Positions 14,050 to 25,002 of a stretch of 64,000 nucleotides of DNA are shown one piece after another. The position numbers were made by a program, and so were the translations under genes. The stretch is from assembly GCA_976551045.1 (NCBI GenBank), contig CDPCPM010000367.1, positions 1,364,001 through 1,428,000 of the forward strand, written 5' to 3'. How positions within the stretch are numbered: the stretch's first letter is position 1; each line of letters begins with the position of its first letter. Below the pieces are notes generated by a model. It did no database searches. It worked only from the letters and a program-made list of their open reading frames with translations, and had not been told where the DNA came from. Origin of the DNA: Glaucostegus cemiculus (Eukaryota).

Positions 14050-17000
14050 CTTTTTATTAGTCAGACTTTTCAAACTTCACCCTAATATAGGCTCTCTTTA
14101 CCTGGGGGGAGAATTCTCCTGGCAGCTCCTCTGTCAAGCTCTCTAAGATTAGAAACATAGTTCTCATTTCAAACGGAGACAGTTATTAAGCAAATCAAGA
14201 CTATAAAATATGAAAATATCTAAAACCTCATTAATGAGTCATTGTCAGGGAATCATCTTTCTCTAGCTCCCACAACAAAACCAAAAACCTAATCTCTGCA
14301 TCATCAAAATGTATTCCAATAAGGGTTCTCAAATGACTGTACTCATTATATTTTTCCCTTCATTCAAATCCATGTGGGACATTGTTGTCTTCAAACCTAA
14401 TAGCAGCATCTAACACTGCAATCTCTCCATCTTTGCAGAAAATGTCAGGGATCCAAACCTTAACATATGTATCCTTGATTCTCGGTTCTTTAAAGGCAGA
14501 ACAGCCATATTTTCATCAATTTTATGAAGTGCCTGATTCTTCATTTTTAGCATGCATTTATCTGTTGGGAGATGTGATCTCACCACCAAAACAACTGCAC
14601 ATACTGTAGCTTCTACAAAATTTATTTGCATCTTGTCTCCCTACACCATGATAGGATATGTAATGGTTTTTAAGGGAATGAGAATAAATTAAGATTGTTT
14701 AATAGTAATTTAGTCCACTTGTCTGCTTTTCTAAAGTATTTGATTCCAATACCTTGGTGTGAGGTATGACCAGATTTCAAACTCCTGATCTTTCCAAAGT
14801 GCAGAATCATTATTTGACTCACTTAAGGATATGCTACTTTGAAATTAATCAACTTCTTTACACAGCTAAGACTTTTGATGTATCTGAAACATAGCAAATT
14901 CCTAGGTTTGCTGATTTTATCTTGCAAATTAATGCTTGTATAATCAAAAGAACTCATTATCAAAGGGCCTTTGGCATACCTAAAAGACATCATTTTCCTA
15001 ATTATAGCCGCAGGAATTTGTATTTCGAATTTAGGCAGACATAGACAGCTATCATGAATATTGGCATAACAGATTCCATTTAAAATACAGTCTGGGAGAT
15101 GCAGAACTATCTTAACAGCATTTCTCATCATGGAATCTGTTCTTACTAAAATGTTCCAAAAAGCTTTGATCAAAGTTAGATAATCATAGAACCTATGGAA
15201 TCATATAAATTCTTAGTATTTCTACATTTTGGGTGCATTCTACACTTATTCAGATTATTAGCCCATATACGTAGCATACCATTTGTCTCCAGTGAGATCA
15301 ATCCAGTGGGTCATGAGGAGCCCAAGAAAATTTGCAATCTCAGCAAGATTGATAAGGTCACATTTCTGTTTAACTTCCCAATTATCCAATTTATTATAAA
15401 TGTAAAATCTACACCTTGATATTCTAAAATACACGGTATTAGGTCATGACAATTTGAAAAGGATTGGGAATAAAGGTTCACCTTGCTTATTTTGAATAAG
15501 AATTGGATTATTTGATGGTCCTATACCATCAAAGACTTTATATGTTTTGCCTCATCACCAGAACTCACCAACAAGCGCCAAGACCTTGCTTGGCTGGTGG
15601 TGAGAGGAGATGTCCCTGTCAGATATTTCCTGTAAGGTCAGAATCTTACTCCCAACGCATGCTGCCCTCAGGACAGCTGCAGCTGTGATGAGGAGGAGAT
15701 TGTCACCCATTTCTTTGCAGACAGTGTATTTGCAAGTAGGGTTTGGAGAAGGATGCAAGGTGCCTTGTTGCGGTTGATCCTGAGGGCTCTCTGATCTATG
15801 GGCTGTTTCCAGGGACACACACACACGGGCATCAAGTCCTGCTGGAAGATCATCAACTCAGTGAAAGACACTCTTTGGTCTGCCCAAGTCTTGTTGGTCT
15901 TCCAATACAACAAGATGCCCATAAGGGAATGCTGCTGACTGGCACATTCCAGGCTGCAGGAGTATGTGTGCTGAGGGATGCACTGAAGCTCGGTGTAGTC
16001 AACGCAAAGAGATTGTGGGAAGGACTACAGTCTAAGGTCCTTCGGCCACTGGACATTGAGGGGCTAGGTCCGTTGTGGAAATCTCTCAAACAACCAAAGT
16101 TTGTATTACCCCCAAGAGGGTGCACATGAGTGGCAATGGTGTTATGTACATAAAAATGTGCTAACACTACTAATGTATAGAACCAATGACACTGTGAATG
16201 TATAGACAGAACAACACAATGAATGTAAAGAGCAATGCATTATTTTGTTTTTCTTTGATACTTCTATATTTTTTTATGAATAAAATTTATTTCTGAAATT
16301 AAAAAGTATGCTTTGGAACACATGTTACCAGTTAAAGCTATGAAGCACCTCTTGATTTGAAATTAATATATAATTAGGAAATTTTTATGGGCCACTTTAG
16401 GGGGAACTGAAGGCCTTAGCTAGATCTACAAAAACAATATACATCTATGATACTTGGCTCCATTGCTTCACTATATTCCTATTACAACCTGATAGTGCAA
16501 CAATCAAACCTTTCTGTCTAGAGTTAAACATAATAGCTAAGGACAAGTATTTAGTAATAATTTTGGTAAAGGCTCTTAGTAACAGTGATCCAATTGTGAT
16601 AGGTGTCCAGCTGTCAATGTTAAATAATTTCTCAAAATTATCAGCTTCAGAATAAGAACCATTTGATACCCTCAAATTGCATCAGGAATTATAATGATTA
16701 AGGTATAAGTTTGGCTACTTGTTGAACATCAAGTTTCCTCATATTTTCAACAGGAAGTTTCAAAGCCAGGAGATGTATCTGGGGCAATTCTAACCTCATC
16801 ACTCCCAATAGACTGGAGTAAATCCTCATTCTTGGTTCGCTTAAAAAAGGACTAAACTTCTCATATGGGATATATTACAATTATTTCAATATCCATTTTT
16901 ATTAAAAAGGTAATGTAATTCAAATTTAGAAATAGTCAAAGGATGTCAAGTCAAATAGTTCTTGTGTAATTTGTATGGCTAATTTCTCTTTATTCTTGTT

Positions 17001-17900
17001 ATGTATTTGAGTTTCCCAAAAATGTATTTTCTCTGAAAACCTTTTTCCTAACTCCCAAACTGATATTAGATTTCACAATATTCTTAAATGTGTTTGTTAG
17101 TTAATATGGCTTTACTAAAGCTATTTAGGATTAACAGTCTCTGCTGTTCAGAATTCTATTACATACTTCAAGACAGGTCACCAAGATTTCATTATTACCG
17201 ATAAACTGGAATTAACTTTATCATTGCTGAGATTTTGTTTAGGATGACTTAATTTATTTGACAATCCAGATATACTCTTGGAAGATCCTGAATGAACCAC
17301 CAAAGTTACTTGATAAATCTTTTTATCTTGCATTACTAATGAAATGTAACCTAGCACCAATATTATTATATTTTGGAGATTAGACTCAATTTAAATTAAC
17401 CCTACATCTATCTCTGATTCCACTGAATTCAGTAGCTCTATAATTATTTGATATTTGCTTGTTAATCTTGGTAGTAAGTTCTTAATTTACCCGAATGTTT
17501 ATGGTGCTGTATTTTTTAATACTAACAATAATTAATCCCAGCACTTGATCAGACTGATCACTTTATTTATTCAATTGAATCATAAAATTGTTGTTATAGG
17601 CAATCAGATGATTATGATGCTCTTGTTGACCTAATCCCATTATTATGCTAAGTATTTTATTACCTGGAGGAGGCTTCCGTCACTGCCCTACCCAGAGCCA
17701 GCACCTTTATCAGTTATGGTTGCTTGGATTCCCTATACCCTTAACAACATGGTAGTCTGTGGCATGGGATGTACCTGCTTTACTGGACTTGCAGCAAATA
17801 TCTTGCTTGCTACCATCAGGTCCTATATCTTAAATTGCTTTGAACAGGATTTGAGTATGATGTATCTAGTTTTGAAATTAGTGTGTTGAGGAGGAGGGAG
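14050..17900 (-). mobile_element. Decayed R2-like (RLE-clade) non-LTR retrotransposon: zinc fingers, Myb, RT, CCHC, restriction-like endonuclease; interrupted by a Tx1 fragment
   Basis: In order on the minus strand: CCKSSK..HATDYHVVKG (ZF), MGLGQQEHHNH (ZF), STINIRV..LTTKINKQIS (Myb), SWTPITIGSLLLRAFTKIIT..NSRQKGL..GC, IVFVDLAKAF, KQGEPLFPILF, AVKIVLHLP, WKDQEFEIW..QGIGIKYF, GRQDANKFCR, FKEPRIKD..WIPDIFCKDGEIAVLDAAIRFE (PD..D nuclease), FVVGAR. Confidence 0.85.
15520..16305 (+). mobile_element. Tx1-clade (L1-like) LINE 3' fragment nested in the R2-like element
   Basis: SPELTNKRQDLAWLVVRG.VPVR..CP..C..EEEIVTHFFAD..FASRVW (ORF2 C-terminal zinc-knuckle region), then 3' UTR with AATAAA near 16279 and an A-rich end. 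R2 RT motifs resume on both sides. Confidence 0.75.
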
Positions 17901-18337
17901 CAGAAAGTTACAAGGTAACATTGGTAGAAGGTGGAGTTGTAGATCCATGGCCAATTTCCCAAGAAGTAGATTCCCCAAAGAAGCAAAAGAGCAATCTGAC
18001 AATTATAGTCTTGACATTTAGATTGGCTAGTTGCTCAATCCTTTGGGGAGAGAGTTCCAAAATCTTTTGTATGAATATGTGTTTCATGATGACACTACAG
18101 AATTGCTTGGCTTGAAGATCATCTCTCCTGATTTTGGATTTTTCCACCATCAAGATCTTCTACTTGAACACTATTTTACTGCATTGGCTCCATATGCCTT
18201 GATTCACTTGATATCCAGAAATCAATTGATCTTTGGAATGAACTCAATGCCTGATCCTCCATAGCCCTCCAGGATAAAGAATTCCTTGATTTACCATCCC
18301 TACGTGAAAAGAAAATCTCTTCTTTTTTCTAAGTGGC

Positions 18338-18603
18338 TGTTGGATTCAACTGTTTTAAGTAGATTTTTAACATGTATAGTGTTTAATACACCTCAAGTGG
18401 CTGCACAAGGAATGGCTGCTTCCTAGCTTATTGGTTCGTCCATCAGTTGGTTGGTTTTGCCACAGGTATCTAATAGGTTTACTGATTGGACTATTGTTAA
18501 CTAAGGAGTATCTCTTATCTCAGGTATAAAGGGTATCCTTTTTTTGTTAATCACTCTCTTGCTTATCACCCTCTCTTGCTCTCTCCCCCCCCCCCCCCCC
18601 CCA
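18338..18603 (+). mobile_element. 5' part (U3/TATA) of an LTR, second copy of the family at 36262-41836
   Basis: Starts TGTTGGATTCAACTGTTTTAAG, contains GATTGG and TATAAA, then a pyrimidine tract and poly-C. Aligns in reverse complement with 36961-37227 plus 41811-41836. Confidence 0.7.
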
Positions 18604-18668
18604 AGTGTTACACTTCCTACGGTTGCAGAGGAAAATGCCAAGGATCTGGGAAGGGTGGATGAGGATTG

Positions 18669-18785
18669 AACATAGAACACTACAGCACAGTACAGGCCCT
18701 TCGGCCCACGATGTTGTGCCGACATTTTATCCTGCTCTAAGATCTATCTAACCCTTCTCTCCCACGTAGCTCTGCATTGTTCTAC
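18669..18785 (-). mobile_element. Short CR1 3' end inserted into a Penelope-like remnant (about 18605-18960)
   Basis: aacatagaacactacagcacagtacaggcccttcggcccacgatgttgtgccgacatt matches the 3' ends at 6061 and 53655. Confidence 0.75.
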
Positions 18786-19151
18786 GAGTGGACCAGGGAG
18801 TCACAAAGGGAGTGGACCCTGCAGAATGTGGAAAAGGATAGGGAGGAGAAGTTGTGGCCAGTGGTGGGATCTCACTGCAGCTGGCAGAAATGACAAAAAA
18901 TGCAGAGGCCTGTAGGGTAAAAGTTGAGGACGAGGGGAACTCTATCTTTGCTTCTCCATTCTCGTGTCCTTTTGCTATTAAAGGCCTTTGTGTACCTTCC
19001 TAAATATTGCTAGCAAAGTTCAGATGAGCTCATTTTCTTTGGGACAGAGGAGGCTGAGGGGAGACTTATGTGAATAGGAAGGATTGATCATGCTTAACAG
19101 AGAGCTCTCAACCCAAAGGACATAGATTTAAAGTATCTGGTAGGAAGATTG

Positions 19152-19452
19152 ATAAAATAAGATTAGTGACATGTAATCGAAACACACAGTGAGATACATC
19201 TTTTGCATAGAATGTTCTGGGAACAGCCCATAAGCGTCACCATGCTTCGGGCACCAATATAGCACGCCCACAACTTCCTAACCTGTACATCTTTGGAATA
19301 TGGGAGGAAACCGGAGCATCCAGAAGAAACCCACGCAGACACGGGGAGAATGTACAAACTCCTTATGGACAGTGGCTGGAATTGAACCCGGGTCGCTGGC
19401 GTTGTAAAGCGTTATGCTAACCGCTGCACTACCATGCCTGCCCCTACACTAC
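19152..19452 (-). mobile_element. tRNA-derived V-SINE inserted in an old + strand CR1 3' fragment (about 19020-19690)
   Basis: Head with A/B-box-like gcggttagc..gggttcaattcc, V-core ttctccccgtgtctgcgtgggttt..tgctccggtttcctccca, tail catgtcactaatc. Confidence 0.85.
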
Positions 19453-21804
19453 CGAAAAAGATTTTAACTGAGATGGTGGTAGAGGTCTGGAACTGACTGC
19501 CTGAAAGAGTGGTAGAGATCGTACAGAAACTGTATTTGCAAATGTACCTGAAGAACCATTACCCGCAGGGCTACAGACCTAGTTCTGAAGGTGGTATTAG
19601 ATTTGATATTTCTTTTTTGACTGTAACAAATATGATGGGCCAAATGATGACCTCCTGTGTCATTAATTTTCTAAAGATTCAATGATTCTAAGTCTCTGAT
19701 AATCTAGTTCATCTTTGGTGTATGATTATGACCTTGCTATGTACACTGGCCATACATGGTGTTATAAAAGGGACCACACCTAAAGTGCATCCAGTTCCTC
19801 AGCTCAGCATGATGGAGCTCAGCCACTTGGCCCCCATGAGTGACCTCCAGCACATTGTATGCATGAGTGTGTCAACCTGGAAGTGAGTACATGCTGAAGA
19901 GTCGAGTGGAAGATAGAAGGCAGTTTTCGAGGGAGCAGAGTCTGCCTCATTGCTTTCTGAACATACCATTGAAACATCTCTCAAGAAATTCATAATCTTT
20001 GGGAGATTAAGCCTTCTGATCTCTGGTTAGTTAAATGACTTTATTAATGATTTATGTCAAAGAGTTATTAATACTGAGGCTATTTTCTTTCATTAAAGTT
20101 TGCATGACATATTACTTCCAAGAACAAATTCAGTAACACATCCCTTAAAGTGTTTCTTTCCCATTTTTTCTGATGTTTATTAAGATTATGGAATATGCAG
20201 TTTATAACATACATTAAATGGGAATCTGTTTCCTCGATTGATACTGGACACCTGATATTAACATTCCTTCATCAGTGTTCCATGTAACTATTAAAGTCAC
20301 AGCAACATTTTTTCCACGAAACATCACATCAAATGTTTTGGATCATAAGTGATTCAGGCTAACCATGGTGTTAATGCGAAGGGTTTATCAAGGTTAATGC
20401 TGCATTCTTCACATATGTTGTTAGATGCTCTGGTACTCAAGCGTCTGGAAAACAGATCGTTAATAATAATTGAGAGATTCTGCCAAGCATTCAAAAAATT
20501 TAAGTTTTTTTTTAACCAGACACAGCTAACATTTAATCAGGATCACAATAAAATGGTGAAACAATATTCATGTCTGCATGATTTATGGTGAAAGCATTAA
20601 AGCAGGTGATTTGAAAATAGCTGCAATGCCAGAGAAAATGAAAATTTAGTAACTAAAACTGAGGCTCAGATGCTTTTAAATTCAGACTACAGAAGCAATA
20701 GTCTGAACCAGTGGGTGAATCTCGATTAAGTATAATTAAAATCAGATAGACACATTGTTCCTTTGTTTTTGTTAAAGTGGTGCGATCTAAGGTTTTTTAA
20801 AAAGGGCAGCATCACACAATTGCACATTGTATCCAGTAAGGATATCCAGCTATTATCTCCTATGACAGCACTGAGGACTTTATCTAGTGTGAATAAGAGT
20901 ATGCAATTTGCATTCTTGAGTCACGTTAAAAATCACAGGCTTGAAACACAGCATTTAAAATCTGATGAACACAATACTTCATCTTAAAAAAAATCTAATT
21001 TGTTGTAACAGTTAGTTTAAAGGAGAACAAAGTTACATTTTTAAATTAAAAAATATGAAACACTGGAAATACTCAGCAGATCAGGCAATATCTGTGGAGG
21101 GAGCAACAGAGTTAGGAGGTTGGATGACATTGGCCAGCTGCCATAGTGCAGGCTGAAAGTGTGGAAGGTGGCGCTCTGACCTCCCATTCACCTGTGACCA
21201 ATCACCTACCCCACAACCCCACCCTCACCCCACCATTCTCCTCCTGAGTCCAGGAGTCTGGACAGCTGGATGCACTTCACCCCTGGCTGCTCAGCTACAT
21301 GTCAGCCATAGTTGCCCCTATTCATTTGAAGAGGCCACTGAGGTTCACTAAAAAGTTAAGAGCCGCTCGGCTGCAAATGGCTTTCTTCTATTTTAATTTT
21401 AATTAATTTACGTAAGTTGATTGTAGTTTTACGTAAATTTATTTTTTTTAACGTTTTAGTTATTTAAATGTTTTACCGTTATTTAAATGACTCTGGTCAT
21501 TGCGACTTACAAATTGATAAAGGCTTTTGAGTCTAAAGGAAGTGTAACTATCCACAGCAGAGTTGTCAAAGTCGAGTTTATTGTCATATGCACAAGTGCA
21601 GGGGCAATGAAAAACTTATAGCAGAATCACAGGCACATAGCATATATTACCAACATTGTTTGATTGGTACCCCATCCACCAAATTAATCCTGCATTCCTT
21701 CCACAACTGGTCCACAGTGGCTGCACCTTCTACAAGATGCATTGTAGTTACTTGTCTCGTCTACTCTGACAGCAAACCCCCAAACCACAAGAAGGACAAG
21801 GGCG

Positions 21805-22020
21805 GTGAGTATATGGAATGAGCTGCCAGAGGAAGTGGTTGAAGCAGATACAGTAATATCATTTAAGAAGCACTTGAATATGTACATGGAGGGGAGGGGC
21901 CTGGAGGAATATGGGCCAAATGTAGGGAATTGGGACTAGCCAGGTAGACAACGTAGTTGGCATGGACTAGTTGAGCCAAAGGACCTGCAACTGTGCTCTA
22001 TTGCTCTATGGCTCTATGTG
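21805..22020 (+). mobile_element. CR1 3' end fragment
   Basis: tggaatgagctgccagaggaagtggttgaagcag (WNELP.EVVEA) followed by a ctgtgctctattgctctatggctctatg tail. Confidence 0.75.
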
Positions 22021-22059
22021 GACACTAATCTGAAAACTTTGTTAAATCTTTGGTTCAGT

Positions 22060-22420
22060 TGGAGGATGTGATTGGGGCTCTGGAAAGGGCGAGGGCACAA
22101 GTGTAGGCCTGCACTTCCCTTTTTTCTTGGGAAGGTACTACTGGAAAGGAGAGCATGTTTGGGGGATGTTTGAGGTGTGGATTCAATTGTGGTGGAGAAA
22201 ATTGTTCCTTCAGAATTCTAATAGGGGAGGTTGGGGAAGATATGTTTGTCTTCAAGCTGGAGGTGTGAAAATAGATCTCTGAGTATGGTGGAGTGGAAGG
22301 TGATGACAAAGGAAAGGCATTCATGATGGGAGATGAAGGGAAATGTGTGAAATGAGATGGGCATGGTTAAGACTCTTGTCCATTATGATGAAGGGGAATT
22401 CTCAATTAGAAGAGAAAAAC
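22060..22420 (-). mobile_element. Probable Penelope-like internal fragment
   Basis: Resembles 18790-18960. Decayed, purine-rich on the + strand. Confidence 0.4.
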
Positions 22421-22899
22421 AATCTCATTATAGAGAAAATAAATCAGAACAACAAAGCAGTAAAGTGAGAAAGAATATTTTTGGCACATACTGTAGATAT
22501 GAATTCAGTGTATGCACATACACTTTACTCTGAGTAAAAAAGCTACAGGCACAAATTTCGACTGCAGTTTAATTCAATAGCCTGATCCAATTTCTAGAAA
22601 CAGCTTCAGCCACAGCAGGAATGAGAGTTCAATTTAGTTTAGGAACAAGAAATTCAGGAGCCATTGAGATAGAATCTTGAAGTATCAGCAACCATTCACT
22701 TTTACTGTGAAGCAGCAGCATATGATCATGAAAAGCTTGACCTATTTGCTTAGAATGGGGAATAAGGTAGTTTATCATAGACTGCCAAGGGGGGAGAGGA
22801 GATCATTAATTCAGCTGTAGTCAAGACATTCCTGAAAGAAGTTTAAGGTAAAGTAAACCTTGATTTTTATTTTGTGTCATGAATTATGATGAGATTTAG

Positions 22900-23540
22900 A
22901 CAACGCATGGATTCAAGAGTCAGCCAAACTCTGCTCCACCTTTTAACAAGATCATAGCTGATCCTATGGGACATCCACTTTTCTACCCATTCCATCTATG
23001 GTCATTCCATTTAGTAGCTAAAAGTTTACCTTAGCTTTGAAAATACTCAACAGAAGACATTCCTCCTCATCTCTGTCCTAAACAGCTGACTCCCTTATCC
23101 TGAGACTATCCCTCCAGTTGTAGCCTCTTCAGCCAGAGAAAACATCCTCTCAGGGTCTTATCTGTCAATCACTTACAAATCTTGTATACCTCTTCCAAAT
23201 TCAATGAATATAGGCCAATTTTCCTCTTCATCTCAGAAGTTCATCTAGCTAAACCATGTTACACTATTTACAAGACAATTATAACCTTTCTTATATATGG
23301 ACATCAGAAAATGTATACCAAACTCCAGCATGGCCTCACCAAATTGCCATTCAATAACATACATATTTACTTTCTGTATCTCATGAACTAGAACACTGAA
23401 ATCTCTGTCTACATGCATTTTACTACTCTTTCACTTTTTAATAAAAAAATATTTATTTTTCCTAGCAAAGGGCATAACCTCATATTTTCCATAAGGTACT
23501 CCGTTAACCACTTGTCCATCTGCTAAATCTGTCTATACTG
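22900..23540 (-). mobile_element. Old CR1 3' fragment
   Basis: Decayed similarity to the CR1 tail and the C-terminal ORF2 region (accaaactccagcatggcctcacc). Confidence 0.55.
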
Positions 23541-24768
23541 ACACTTTTCCACATTTTCAGAGAAACGTATAAAAAATTAAAATAACATATCTAATATTAA
23601 TTTGAAGAAAATATTGTGATGTGGAAAATTGGAGGGGAAGCAGATTTAGAAGGCATGTGAAAAGTAGCAGCAGAGAATACAGAAAATAGTAAAAGGTTTG
23701 TGTATATGGATGATAGAGGTATGATTAAAATTTTGAGTAGTTTGTTGTGTTTTGCTTGTTTTTTCTAAACAAGGTGTGTTAATAAGAATAGATAGTAAAT
23801 GGGAAATTGGATCTGTTAGATTGACGAGATAAGAAAATAGCATTGGAATGATTGATCATTTCAAATTGGAAATGCAATAGGTTTAAGTGTAGATGGTTCA
23901 TCTCTTGTGGTAGATTGTCACTCCAGGCCTGGTGTTACATCATCTACTATTGGTACTATAGAAGCACTTTGGTTACTGAATTTTGTGCTTTTGATGTTGC
24001 TGTGGAAAAGAAGGTATGCTTGGGTGATAACACCTGGAATTGTTTGATGATCTACACCCATACAGAGATCAGCAACCATATCTACAAGTATTGTTGCAAC
24101 TAGCTGAAGGTGAACATGGGAATGTTTTCAGCTTTGTAAACTTAAGTATGATTTCTATTATTTGAAAGTACAGTTTTACCAACAGCAAAGTCAAATAATT
24201 TGCAATGTTATCAAATGCAGAATACTATTAATGATAAAGGCTTTGTACATGTGAAAATGTCTTGTGTAAATGTCTATTTCAGGGTCTATTTACTTCTTCT
24301 TTCTGATAGATGTTAAATTTTTGAAGAGCTCAATGGGCAAATGATGAACATATAAAAATATCACTGATTACATTTGCTCTGATATGAAAGTAGACATTTG
24401 AAGCTGTTTTTTTTTGTTGCAGAGTAACGCGGAAAAGTGGCTAAGGTTTAAACTATGCTAACTGTATATTAAGCATTTACAACTTGTTAGGTGAAGTACC
24501 ATGTGGCATCAATTGAAGATCAGATAGCATTTAGACACAACAGTCTAGAAATCTGTTTTGAAAAGTTGCATAAGCTTTTCAAACATGAGTTAGCTACAAA
24601 TTTAATGCCAACACTGGTCTGTGCAAGGCTAACAAAGCACTTTCAAATTTTAATGTTTGAAATTACTTACAGTTATTGCAGTGTAAAATGTATGTATTAA
24701 GTCAGAATGTTAGAAGCTTAAGGCTACATAATTGCTGAATATTCAACAGGAACACCACATAGTTCTAG

Positions 24769-25002
<234 letters not shown>

